The notes under the pieces are model-generated. The model was not told the DNA's origin. It was given only the letters and a program-made list of their open reading frames with translations, and searched no databases. A stretch of DNA of 63,993 bases, counting the filler, from Chiloscyllium plagiosum (taxonomy: Eukaryota), in NCBI RefSeq assembly GCF_004010195.1. It is 4 parts of one record of this genome, joined end to end, with 100 filler letters (N's around TTAATTAATTAA, not from the genome) between each part and the next. Parts side by side here need not be neighbours in the genome. Positions count along the whole stretch, not along the records: positions 26,221 to 47,058 come from NC_057711.1; positions 47,159 to 58,188 come from NC_057711.1; 2 more parts are not named here. The stretch is one strand, 5' to 3'. This document shows, in pieces, positions 39,431 to 51,089 of the stretch. The first letter of the stretch is position 1, and the number at the start of each line of letters is the position of its first letter. Made by a program: the position numbers and the translations under genes.

Positions 39431-39674
39431 GCAATGGGATTATGGTCACTCTCTCCAAAGTGTTCACTCACAACTAAATCAAACACCTGATCTGGTTCAT
39501 TACCAAGCACCAGATCCAATGTGGCCTCTCCTCTTGTCGGCCCTTCTACATATTGTGTCAGGAAACCCTCCTGTACACACTGGACAAAAACTGATCCATC
39601 CGACGTACTAGAATTATAGCATTTCCAGTCAATGTTGGGGAAGTTCAAGTCCCCCATAATGACCACCCAGTTCC

Positions 39675-39766
39675 ATTCCTGAAGAAGGGCTCATGTCCGA
39701 AACGACGATTCTCCTGCTCCTTGGATGCTGCCTGACCTGCTGCGATTTTCCAGCAACACATTTTCA
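39675..39766 (+). mobile_element. 92-bp hammerhead-like insertion (family A) with 10-bp TSD
   Basis: ACCCAGTTCC at 39665-39674 and 39767-39776; CTGAAGA..GAAACGAC (cleavage triplet mutated). Confidence 0.85.
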
Positions 39767-42149
39767 ACCCAGTTCCTTTCACTCCTACCCAGAATAGTTT
39801 TGCCAATCCTCTCTTCCACCTCCCTGGAACTCTGCGGAAGCCTATATAAAAAAAACTCCAAGCAGTGTGACCTCTCCTGTTTGTAACCTCAGCCCACACT
39901 ACCTCGGTAGACGAGTCCTCGTCAAAAGTTCTCTCAGCCACCGTTATACTCTCCTTGACTAACAAGGCCACGCCTTACCACCTTGCCTGTTCTCAATGAA
40001 AGATCTAAACCCTGAAACCTGCAACATCCATTCCTCACTCTGCTCTATCCATGTCTCCGAAATGGCCACAACATCGAAGTCCCAGGTACCTATCCATGCT
40101 GCAAGCTCACCTACCTTATTTTGGATACTTCTGGCGTTGAAGTAGACACACTTCAAACCAGTTTGTTGTCTGCCAGCACATTTCTGTGACCCTGAAATCC
40201 TGTATCTGTCCTCCCTACTCTCAGCCTTCTGTCCACTGCAACTATACCTCCGGTTCCCATCCCCCTGCTTAGCTAGTTTAAACCCACACAAATAGCACCA
40301 GCAAATTTCCCACCCAGGATATTAGTACCCCTCTGATTCAAGTGAAGACCGTCCTGTTTGTACAGGTCCCACCTTACCCAGAATGAGCCCCAATTATCCC
40401 AGTACCTGAAACCCTCCATCCTGCACCATTCTTGCAGCCACGTGTTTAGCTGATATCTCTCCCTATTCCTTGCTTTGCTATGACATGGCACAGGTAACAA
40501 ACAGGGATAACAACTCTGTTTATTGTAGCTCTGAGCTTCCACCCTAGCTCCCTGAAATCCTGCCTTACATCCCTACCGCTCTTTCTACCTACGTCGTTGG
40601 TCCCTACATGGACCATGACTTGAGGCTGGTCACCCTCTCCCTTCAGGACCCCAAAGATACAATCCGAGACATGACGGACCCTGGCACCTGGGAGGCAACA
40701 CATCAACCGTGAGTCTCGTTTGTTCCCAACAAATCTTCTGTCTGAGCCTCTAACTATTGAGTCCCCAATGACTAACACTCTCCTCCTTTCCCTCCTTCCC
40801 CTCTGCGCAACAGGGACAGGTTCTGTGCCAGAGACCTGGGCCCCACTGCATACCCCTGGGAAGTTGTTCCCCTCAACAGTATCCAAAACGGTATGCATGT
40901 TTTTCAGGGGAATGACCACTGGGGATCTGTCCACTGACTCTTTATTTTTCCCCCTTCGAACAGTCACCCAGCTTTCTTTGTGCTTAGGAGTAGCCACTTC
41001 CCTGTAACTCTTATCTATCACAGCCTCTGCCTCCCAAATGATCTGAAGTTCATCCTGCTCTTGCTCCAGTTCCCTAACACAATCTTGGAGGAGTGATAGT
41101 TGGGTGCTCTTCCCGCAGATGTACTTGGAACACTAATGGCGTCCCTCATCTCAAACATCATGCAGGAGGAACATTGCTCTCCCTGCACTGCCATTCCTGC
41201 TCATCCCCTTATCACAAAGTAAAAAAGAAGAGGCGCTTAGCTGATTTGTCCCTAGTCTTTAAGGTTAGAGGAGGCAGTTCGGTGGGAGGCCCTGCAAAGG
41301 TAGGATCTCGGGTTGAGAAAACACTGACTTATATAGCTGGACGGAAATAAAAAATAAGAAGTCCCTCCTTTCCCAGAAACCTCTGCTCTCTGACTTCAAA
41401 TATGAAAGCTCAAATCAGTGACTCACCGCTTCTGGCAGGCCCCTGGTCCAAGCTCCTGCCCTTCGAGTTGCTGCTGCTGCTGAAAAACTGTTGCATTTAC
41501 ATTTCCAGAAAGCAATTGGTAAGGTGCCACATTAAAAGTTATTGCAGAAATTAGAAGCCCATGGTGCATTAGGAAACATTTGACATGGATAGAAGATTCA
41601 CTGCTAACAGGAAACAGAGCAGAGAAATATATGGCGCTTCAGGTTGGCAGCATATCACAAGTGGTATGCCACAGAGGGAAGATGTTGGGTTCTTTACATT
41701 TTAGATCAATGATTTGGATGAAGGGATTGAAGGTGTAGTAACTAAATTTGTTGATGACACAAAGATTGGTAGTGAAGTGACTTGGGAAGAGGAATAAGGA
41801 TGCTAAAAAAAGGAATGTAAATAGATTGTGTGTGGACTAAGATCTGGCAAATAGAGTACCATGTGGAAAAGTATGAAATTGTTGATTTTAGCACAAGAAA
41901 TTTTTCAAATAAGCATATTACCTAAATGATAGGTTGCAGAACTTAGGCACAGAAGAGATGTGGGTATCCTAGTGTGTAAGTTGCAGAATGTTAAAATGCA
42001 GGTATAGCAATTAATCTGCAAATCTAACAGAAAGGTATGATTTATTGATGGGAATAGGATGTATGAGTAATGAGATTATGCTTTGTTTACAATTGTTTCC
42101 TGTAACTGAGATAGTTTTGAATCTAAGTTTCCAAAACCCTCAATATCCC

Positions 42150-43930
42150 ATGGAGCTTTTACTTTTCTGACCAGTCTGTCATGTGGGACCTGTCATAGGA
42201 AAATTCCTGTCGACAAAATTCACTGCAGTGCCCTCACCGGTCTTCCTTGTTCCTTCCTCCAAATAGTTAAGTTTGTAAGACCTTCCCTTCACAAAAACGT
42301 GCAGACTGTTGCTAATTAATTATTTATTTTCAAAATGACCACTTATCCTATCTGTCAGAATGATTCTGATAATTTGTCCACCAGCAAAATCAGTCTGAAT
42401 GGTAGATTTCTGGTCTGTCCCATTAATGTTTTTCAAACAATGATACAATGTTTGCTGACCTCCAGTCCTTTTGTACTGCATTTGTATCGAATGAAAATTG
42501 GAACAAGATCCTAAAAGCATTCGATATTTCTTTGGGGACATTTGAGTTCCTGAGTTGACATTTCAGGACCCGAAACTTGAAGTCTGATTTCCCCCCACAG
42601 AGACTTCCAGACCTGCTGAGTTTTTTCAGCAATCCTGTTTTTTGATTTTGTTTCTGATTTCCAGCATCTGCAGTTTTCATATTTTTAATCCACTATTTCC
42701 TTCCTGTCTTCCTTTAATAGTCAGGGATACAATCCATCCGGCCACAGTGATTTTATTAAATTCACCCATGGAATGTGAGCGTCACTAGCTGGCCAGCATT
42801 TATTTCCTTTTCCCAGGTGCCTTTGAGAAGGTGTTGGTGAGCTGCCTTCTTGAACAGCTGCAGTCCACATGCTGTTGGTTGATTCACAGTACCCATCAGA
42901 ATTTAAATATATTTTGATTCGGTCATCTCGTGTTTTAAAACCCTAGGAATATAGACTTTGTCTACTATGGGTGTAGCTGGCCAGGCCAGCGTTTATTGCC
43001 CATCCTTAATTGCCCAGAGGACAGTTCAGAGTCAATCACATTGCTGAGAGTCTGGAGTTGTATGGAGGGCAGACCAGGTAAGGGGCAGCAGTTTCTTTAA
43101 AGAACATGAGTCACAGATGGATTTTTTCTGACAATTGGTCATCATTAGACTCTTAATTTTAGAGTTATTATTGAATTCAGGTTCCACATTTGCCATGGTG
43201 GGATTCACCCAGGTCGCCAGAATATTATCTGTGTCTCTGGCCATTGCCACCCCCAGCCCTCGAATACCTCCTCATAAACCAACCCCTTACTTCCCCAGAC
43301 CAAATCCTCAGGAATCAATCTGCTGCATTCTCTTATGCAAACAGATCCTCCCTTGGATATTGTATGTAGTTTCTAAATAAGATCTCGCCAAAGTCCGATA
43401 GAACAGTGGCAAGACGTTTTTATTTTTTTTAAAGCAACCTATTGAGAAATGTTATGACATGAGTTTGGAGCAGATGAGACTTAAACCCAGGCCTTTTGGC
43501 TCAGAGGTAGGCACATTACCTATTAAAAGCCAACCTTACCATTTGCCAAATTGCTTACTGTACCTGTATGTTGATTGTGATTTGTGAATAAGAAAAGACT
43601 GGTCTCTCTAAATAACACTTTCCAGACTCTCTACATTAAAAAAATGTTTTCTATTTGACCTTTCACAGCAAATTATTTTAGTTTTCTGTTGTATTTTTAT
43701 TTGTTCCCAAATATTTTATTCATCCCCATAGCTTGATTTCACATTCTATGATCAGCACATTGGAATGTGTCTTGATTTGGACCCTTTATCATATTATTAG
43801 TACGGCTATTCATGTAAATAGCTGAGACCCACATCCTGATCTTTGCAATACCCTGTCAATTTTGGCCTGCCATTGAAAATGATCCATTTACTACTCTGTT
43901 CATCCAACAATTTTCAGCTGTGTCTCAATC
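42150..43930 (-). mobile_element. Patchwork of old CR1 fragments with nested family C repeat (~42545-42685) and SINE (~42965-43245)
   Basis: KDWRSANIVSLFEK peptide; SINE core is the inverse of 17420-17757. Confidence 0.55.
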
Positions 43931-43994
43931 TTTTCTGAGTTATTTGGATTCAGTACCATTCCAGCACTTGACCAACAAGTCATAGCTGACATTG

Positions 43995-44335
43995 AAGTGA
44001 GGGGAGGGGATGTGTGGCATGGCGTAGTGGCAATAGTTCCCTGTAGACATAGGTCCAAAATTGGAAAAAAATGATTGTCTGGAATTGAAGATTAGTCTTA
44101 AGTAGTGATGACTATGAAACTGATCAGTTCTCATTAGCATCTGCCTGGTTTTCTCATGCCTTTTAAGGAAGTTTTATTTGTTCAGTCCTAAATATGATTC
44201 CAGCTCCATGGCAATGGGTTGATTCTTAACTGGCTTCTGAAATGACCTTGCAAACTACTCAGTTGAATGGCAATTTGTGATGAGTGAGAGATACAGACCT
44301 TTCCAGGAACACCCATATCCCATGAAAGAATAAAG
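43995..44335 (+). mobile_element. tRNA-derived SINE, same family as 17420
   Basis: GGCATGGCGTAGTGG head, TTTTAAGGAAG core, CCCATATCCCATGAAAGAATAAA tail. Confidence 0.65.
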
Positions 44336-44594
44336 ATTAATTTCACAGCCTTCATATCATACTAATATTTCAAACTGTTAATAACGTGTCACAAATTCCT
44401 GAAGACTTTCCAAAATTCCAAATACTCGACATTCATTAATTCTCAGTTACAGATTGATTAGTTACGTTCACAAAACAGTTTCTCTTTGATAAATTGAGAT
44501 GAATCAACCCAGTCATACTCTAGTTCTCAATAACCCTTTCATGTATATACATAATGCATCCATGCATTTTCCTGCTATTAATATCAGGCTTTTA

Positions 44595-45192
44595 GAGTCA
44601 GAGCCATAGAGTCATACAGCATGGAAAGAGACCCATCTGTCCAATCAGTCCATGCTGACCAACTACACTCGGCCCACCTGCCTGCAGTTGGCCCTTATTC
44701 TGCAAAACTCTGCATTCATGTTCTTATCCTAATCTCTTTTAGAAGTTGTACCTGTACCTGCATCCACCACTTTCTCTGGCAGTTCAAGCACCCACAAACC
44801 CCAGTCAGCTTAAAAAAACAGTTGTCCTATGCCTTTTTAAAATTTTTGTTCTCTCACCTTAAAAATATGTCCCCTAGTTTTGAACTCCCCCACCTCAGTG
44901 AAAAGACCCTTTTAATTTACATTATATGCCTCATGACTTTATTAAAACCTCATTAAGGTCATCCCGCAACCACCTATACTCCAGTGGAAAAAATCCCAGC
45001 CTTTCCAGTCTATTATTTATATCTCAAATTCTCTATTACCAATGACATTCTGCTGAATATTTTTAGAATTCTCTAGTTTAATAATATCCTTCCTATAACA
45101 GGCAACCAGAATGGCACACAGTACTTCAGAAAAGGTCTCATTAGTGTCCTGTACAACCTCAACATGATATCCCAACTCCTGTACTCAAAGTA
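44595..45192 (-). mobile_element. HER1/CR1 3' part
   Basis: Inverse of 33360-33955. Confidence 0.8.
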
Positions 45193-45431
45193 CTCTGACT
45201 TTATAATTTGCTTTTTGAATGAGATGTCTAATTTCTGGTAAATACTGCACATTCTATGCTGTAAAGTTGCATGAAAAACATCAAGGGAAGAGAGGACATT
45301 TTATGTCTTGAGACATATCCACATGAACTTGAAAAGGAGCATTGAAATTCTAGACAAACATTGCAGGAGTAGGCCACTCAGCTCCTTAAGCCTCCTGTGC
45401 TAATCATCCATGACAAAGCCATTTTCTTCTG

Positions 45432-45649
45432 TTAAAAAAATCACACAACACCAGGTTATAGTCCAACAGGTTTAATTGGAAGCACACTAGCTTTCGGAGC
45501 AACGCTCCTTCATCAGGTGATAGTGATATCACCTGATGAAGGAGCGTTGCTCCGATAGCTAGTGTGCTTCCAATTAAACCTGTTGGACTATAACCTGGTG
45601 TTGTGATTTTTAACTTTGTACACCCCAGCCCAACACCGGCATCTCCAAA
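45432..45649. mobile_element. Inverted dimer of PLE terminus (family B), two hammerhead motifs, 13-bp TSD
   Basis: CCATTTTCTTCTG at 45419-45431 and 45650-45662; arms centred at ~45524. Confidence 0.9.
45485..45519 (-). ncRNA. Minimal type I hammerhead ribozyme motif (family B), intact core
   Basis: CAC CTGATGA A GGAGC gtt GCTCC GAAA GC TA GTG. Confidence 0.7.
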
Positions 45650-45964
45650 CCATTTTCTTCTGCCATTCCTATTTCTCTTGATGCCATTAAGGTCTAGAAA
45701 TCCCTTGATCTTTAACTTAGTCAATGACTGAGCCTCTGTGGTAGAGAATTGAAAAGCTTCATTAACCTCTGAGTGAAGAAGTTCTTTCTCATCACTGTCC
45801 TAAATGACTTGCCTTGATTGTGAGGCTTTGTTCATTGTTACTAGACTCTCTTAATCCACCCCCACCTTCCAAGATTATGTCCTTTGTGTTTACTCTGATT
45901 AGTCCTTCATGAATTTTGCAAGTTTCAACAAGATGACTGCTCACTCTTCTAAACTCTTGAAATT

Positions 45965-46660
45965 GCAAGAGAAGGAAACATGAAACCGGCTACTACAGGC
46001 CATGAGTTTAACATGTGTTAATGCAAAGTGTTAGAGTCTTTTTTAAAGAATGTAACAGCAGGGCTTTAGAAATGCATAATATGATCAAGCAGAACCAACG
46101 TGACTTGATGAAGGAAAAGTCATGTCTGACAACTTTACTAGAATTTGTGAATGTAATGTATTTGGATTTTCAAATGCGTTTGGTTAGTGGCCACACATCA
46201 GAATGCTTAATAAGAAAAGATCTCATGGTGTTGGAAGTAGTACTGTATATTAGCATGGATTGAGATTTGGCTAATAGAAGACAGTGTTTGGAGGGGGGGG
46301 GGGCTGGACATTTTCAGGATGGCAACCTAGTGCTGTATCACTGGGATCACATATTTAATGACTTGGATGAAGAAAGTGAATGTATTGTAACCAAATTTGC
46401 AGATCACTAAAATAGTGAAGGCAAACAGTGAGGATGACTCAGTCTGCTGAGGCGTATACAGTAGACTGATTAAGATGTGGGCAGACACTTAGCAGATGGA
46501 CTCTAGTGTGTGCAAATGTGGGATTATGCATTTTGATTGGAAAAATTAAGAAACAGGATATTTAAGTTCGACAAAGACTGTGGAAAGCTACAGAACAGAT
46601 TTGGGAGTGCTCATCCATGAATCTCAAAAGAAAAGGCTATCCTCCAAGTTCACCTAATAA
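45965..46660 (+). mobile_element. Old CR1 RT fragment
   Basis: KSCLTTLLEF..MYLDFQ; KFADH. Confidence 0.65.
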
Positions 46661-46799
46661 TAGGGTCATAGAGTTATACAGCCTCTTTGGTCCAACTCAT
46701 CCATGCCGACCAGAAATCCTAACCTAATCTAGTCCCATTTACCCCATATTCCTCTAAACCTTTCCTATTCATATAACAACCCAGATGCTGTTTAAACTT

Positions 46800-47058
46800 G
46801 GAGGAGAAATTGAGGACTGCAGATGCTGGAGATCAGAGCTGAAAATGTGTTGCTGGAAAAGCGCAGCAGGTCAGGCAGCATCCAAGGAACAGGAGAATCG
46901 ATGTTTCGGGCATAAGCCCTTCTTCAGGAATGAGGAAAGTGTGTCCAGCAGGCTAAGATAAAAGGTAGGAAGGAGGGACTTGGGGGAGGGGCTTTGGAAA
47001 TGCAATAGGTGGAAAGAGGTCAAGGTGACTGTGATAGGCCGGAGTGGGGTGGGGGCGG
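46800..47058 (-). mobile_element. PLE 3' UTR/terminus (family A) running into a gap
   Basis: Inverse of 1-418; CTGAAGAAGGGCTTATGCCCGAAACATCG on the minus strand. Confidence 0.85.
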
Positions 47059-47158
47059 NNNNNNNNNNNNNNNNNNNNNNNNNNNNNNNNNNNNNNNNNN
47101 NNTTAATTAATTAANNNNNNNNNNNNNNNNNNNNNNNNNNNNNNNNNNNNNNNNNNNN
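47059..47158. other. Assembly gap with six-frame-stop spacer
   Basis: N44-TTAATTAATTAA-N44. Confidence 0.95.
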
Positions 47159-47505
47159 GTGCAAACTCCACACAGTCAGTCGCCTGAGTCGGGAATTGAA
47201 CCCGGGTCTCTGGCGCTGTGAGGCAGCAGTGCTAACCACTGTGCCACCGTGCCACCCACAGAGCAACTTTTTCATGCAGAGGGTGGTACGTGTATGGAAT
47301 ATGCTGCCAGAGAATGTGGGTGGAGGCTGGTACAATTGCAACATTTAAGAGGTATTTGGATGGGTATATGAATAGGAAGGGTTTGGAGGGATATGGGCCG
47401 GGTGCTGGCAGGTGGGACTAGATTGGGTTGGGATATCTGGTCGGCACGGACAGGTTGGACGGAAGGGTCTGTTTCCATGCTGTACATCTCTATGACTCTA
47501 TGACT
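47159..47505. mobile_element. HE1 head (minus, 47159-47258) abutting HER1 tail (plus, 47260-47505)
   Basis: Direct similarity to 63689-63790 and 33715-33955. Confidence 0.85.
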
Positions 47506-48396
47506 TTAAGTCTCCTCCCATTTCCCTTTTCCCAGTGGTCAGCTTTTCTTTTTCAGACTGGAGGGAAGTATACCCTGATGCCCCTTGGGTTTGGTGGTTG
47601 GATAATTCTTTTTGATACAAATTCATGACCAGCATAGTTAGATATTATTTCAAGGGTCATGGATGGGTATGAAACTTGGAAATGTAATAAACAGTGAGCA
47701 AATTTAATAAGATCATTGCCTGTTAAAATGACAGACACAGGCAGGTAAAATTTAATTCAGAGAAGTGTGAGTGGTACATTTTGATAGAATGAATTAGAAG
47801 AAAATTGTACTCTTAAGATGAATGCAGTTACAGAAAATCCTGCTATTTCACATGGAGGTGGTAAGTCAAGATAAGAAGCCATTAATTTTTTTATTGGATC
47901 CTTTTCTTCATATACAGAAAACTGGTTACATATTTTGTTCCAGGAGAGGGAAATATGAATCAGGCCTATTCCCAAATTCAGAAATTCGAGTGACCTCCTA
48001 ACCCCATCCTCCCACATCTTTATCTCTGAGGTACATGGGTAGAGTGAGCTTGGATTTGGGTTTGAGCATTGCAATGGAATGCAAGAGGAGTGTGAGTTCA
48101 GTATGAATATGGGTGTACTTAGGAAAAACAGTCCATCTCCCAACATTGTTCTTATAGCAACAAACTTAACATTGATCCCCTCACTCACCTTCATTTTCCC
48201 TTCTCTTGCCATGGCCTTCTTTCTTCTATATCCTGATGCTTGTGCCTTTTCATCATGCCTTTGAATACCCCTATGTCCCCTCACATACCCCATTCCTATA
48301 GCATCTGCCCCCATTCACACACACAATTTATCTTCCATAGCCATTCGTTCACTATAGATGGAATCAGGATGTCTTTGAAATTAACATAAAAATAAA

Positions 48397-48548
48397 AATC
48401 ACACAACACCAGGTTATAGTTGAACAGGTTTAATTGGAAGCACTAGCTTTCGGAGCACTGCTCCTGATGAAGGAGCAGCACTCCGAACCTGGTGTTGTGT
48501 GATTTTTAACTTTGTACACCCCAGTCCAACACCGGCATCTCCAAATCA
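48397..48548. mobile_element. Deleted inverted dimer of family B terminus with 15-bp TSD
   Basis: TAACATAAAAATAAA at 48382-48396 and 48549-48563. Confidence 0.85.
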
Positions 48549-49262
48549 TAACATAAAAATAAACTTCTTAAAGATTAATAGATGAATCATTCAGCACAAT
48601 GTCATACTAAAAAAAAGTCTCTTATTCATAAAGTTCAGTCAAAAAATATAAATCCCTTCTAGTGTTCAATGGTATAAAACAAAACATCCAATACTATACC
48701 ACAGACAGATAATCCTTTCATAACTGCTTAAACATTGTCAATCAAAATGTGAACACAGTCCCCTGCTGACATAAATGATTCACTAGCTATTCAAACTCAA
48801 ACAAACATTTATAATAAATTCAGCTGTAATAAGAATCCTTAGAAATTTAACAAGACAGTCTCGTATGGTGTTTCATTTCCATTTCAATGCAGATTGCCTA
48901 TCAATCAGTGGAATGCAACAAGTTTTTGGATTTTCTAAATTTTCAACAATAGGGGCAAGTTAATTTCCAAAACTAAAGATCGTTTGACATTTAAATTATA
49001 GTCCAAAACACAAAACTAGAGAACTGTTTAATTTACTTTTGAATGTATAAGAACACCTTTCCCAATGTAAAATCGATTGCACAGCATCTCAATAATTAAG
49101 GAATGCTGGTCAGCATAGTGGTCAACTTATATTTCCAACAAAACCTTAGGATGAAGTATCTAATCATGACGCTGTTACTAAAACGTAGAACACTTCTTTG
49201 CCAGAGTGATCCTCCCCAGTGGTTCTGAATTACTCTTTGAGGTGGGTTATTTCAGGGCTTAC

Positions 49263-49389
49263 AATGCCCACCAACCCACAAGTATAGCAGTGGTGATGAT
49301 GGTGGTGACGGTGGTGGTGTGGACGATGGAACATATTGAGCTTACTATGGCAACCCCAACTTCAGATGATGTATCTTTGGGGATGTGAC
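49263..49389 (-). CDS. Weak candidate exon containing a (CAC/CAT)n tract
   Basis: TTTGCAG acceptor and GTAAGC donor; open frame HIPKDTSSEVGVAIVSSICSIVHTTTVTTIITTAILVGWWA. Confidence 0.25.
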
Positions 49390-49543
49390 CTGCAAATTGA
49401 TTGCATGAAATTGATCTGGCATTGGAAAAGCAAAGGAAATTTGTTCTTCCAGCCAAAGAAATTTCAAGTTTCCTGACCCCATTCCTGCCTCTGATGGGAG
49501 CCCAAAAAAATCAGCCCATAGTGCACAAAACAAAGAAGACATA

Positions 49544-49704
49544 CGAAGGAATCTTGGTTATCTGAATGACACAGGCAGGGAGTATTTTGTTTGGATAATT
49601 GAATGTTCGGATGACACAGTTTAGCCAAGCGGCGGGACCTTACGATCTTGTTCGGATAATCCAAAATTCGGATAATTGACGGTTGGATAATCGAGATTCC
49701 TCTG
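49544..49704. mobile_element. Tigger/pogo-like MITE
   Basis: TA-flanked; termini CGAAGGAATCTTGGTTATCTGAA and GGATAATCGAGATTCCTCTG; internal GGATAAT repeats. Confidence 0.65.
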
Positions 49705-50516
49705 TACTAAGCTTTTCCAAATTACTGATTAGGTTCCAGAGATTCAACAAAGTGAGGTGAGGAACATCAGTTACATGGAGAATTTCAGAAACCGGAGCTG
49801 TTCTTAGAGCAGAGGAAGTTATGGGACAATTTAACAGAAGTGTTAATGTCATGATGCTTTATGATAGAGTAAGTCAGGGGAAATGTTTTCCCATGGTTTA
49901 GTAAGCAGAAACAGGGCAAACAAACAAGATTTAAGGTGCTTGGAAAGGAACTAAAGTGAATTTTCATACTCAGTGATTTACTATAACCTGGAATGCACTG
50001 CTTAACAGGGAGATGGAAGCAGTTTTAAGAATAGCTTTCTGAAAGAAGGAAATTCACAAGCTATGGAGAAAGGGTATGGACAGAGCTAATTGGATAGCTT
50101 TATCAAAGAGTCAATATGGGCATTATGGTTTAACTGGTCTTCCTCATGTACTGTGTCTTTTAATAATTATATGGTGCTACTTAATAGCAAAAGCTGCAAA
50201 TAGCTACATCTGGATTCCCAATTGTCCACATGTGGTTACTGCTAACAAGTTTGACAATTTTAGTTAATACATAAAGACAAGTCAGTCACCGTTATTTGCT
50301 ACATTGGGGAGGGTTGGGACATGACAAAGAGCTCACTGTACTCCAATGAAAAGATGGTTTCTCTGGATGGCCCTCAATAAAGTGTGTCCTTGCAGGTTCA
50401 TCTTGTGCCTGGACTTGTGTTGCTAAAAACTGTACCACTTGTCCCAACTTATTACTTTTATCTGTTGCCTCACACACATACTCAGCCATCCTTAGTTTAT
50501 ATTTACCCCCTGCACA

Positions 50517-50562
50517 ATTAGCATTGCTCAATGAGTCATGATCAGTATTCCCTTTATATAAA
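50517..50562 (+). promoter_or_regulatory. Candidate Pol II promoter: octamer-like ATTAGCAT, AP-1 ATGAGTCAT, TATATAAA
   Basis: Motifs at 50517, 50531 and 50555; the TATA ends ~80 nt before the leader ATG. Confidence 0.5.
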
Positions 50563-50641
50563 CCAACTCCATTGGGTGCAGTGTAATATTTCAAGACGTG
50601 TCAATACTGGTTGACAACTACACACCCTGTGCTGTTTGAGA

Positions 50642-50696
50642 ATGAAACCATTCTCAGCTTTTGTTCTTCTTGTCATGCATTTTCTCTACGCTGATG
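50642..50696 (+). CDS. Signal-peptide (leader) exon MKPFSAFVLLVMHFLYAD, phase 1
   Basis: Basic N-terminus, hydrophobic core, consensus G|GTAAGT donor, upstream TATA. Confidence 0.6.
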
Positions 50697-51089
50697 GTAA
50701 GTTCTGCTTAATATAGCTGTTTACAGTCATGGGCTTTCCTTTCTCCCAATTTCTCTTTTTATTTATTACCATTTTGAGTTAAATAACTTCTGTGCAACTG
50801 ATGAGCTGGACTCTGATCATTCTGTGGGCCTTACACTTCTGATCTAGACTCAGATTTGATTGGAGATTGATGCTTCAAATTGGAGTCTGTGATATCTTGG
50901 ATAGAATAGGTGCAAAGTCAACAAACAATCATTAATTATGTTCAGGTATGAGACAAATGATGTTCTTGGGTACGAGGGATCTGACGAGAGGGTATGGAAA
51001 TGTCAGACTTATAAAGGCTGAGCCATGATCGCACTGAATGGCAGACCAGCATCAAGGGATCATGGTCAATTTCTGTTCCTAGTTCTGAC

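Larger units (their letters stand above)
37168..41480 (-). mobile_element. Near full-length CR1: ORF1 with SGNH/GDSL esterase, APE endonuclease, RT (disrupted)
   Basis: RVLVIGDSIVRG, VHVGTNDVG, DGLHLN; YFNARSIQNK, IMGDLNFP, SDHN; NYRPVSLTS, LVRPHLEYCVQFW. Confidence 0.95.
36255..42090 (+). mobile_element. Old CR1 split by a younger antisense CR1
   Basis: SDHNVIEF at ~36295; RT resumes at ~41490 (FQKAIGKVPH, KFVDDTKIG). Confidence 0.7.

Noticed and set aside
47757..48314. 185-aa minus ORF and other 60-120 aa ORFs in unique DNA (e.g. 29370-29652)
   Set aside because: No domain motifs or supporting splice signals recognised
50292..50594. 100-aa minus-strand ORF
   Set aside because: No recognisable motif, non-ATG start, and it overlaps the better-supported plus-strand promoter
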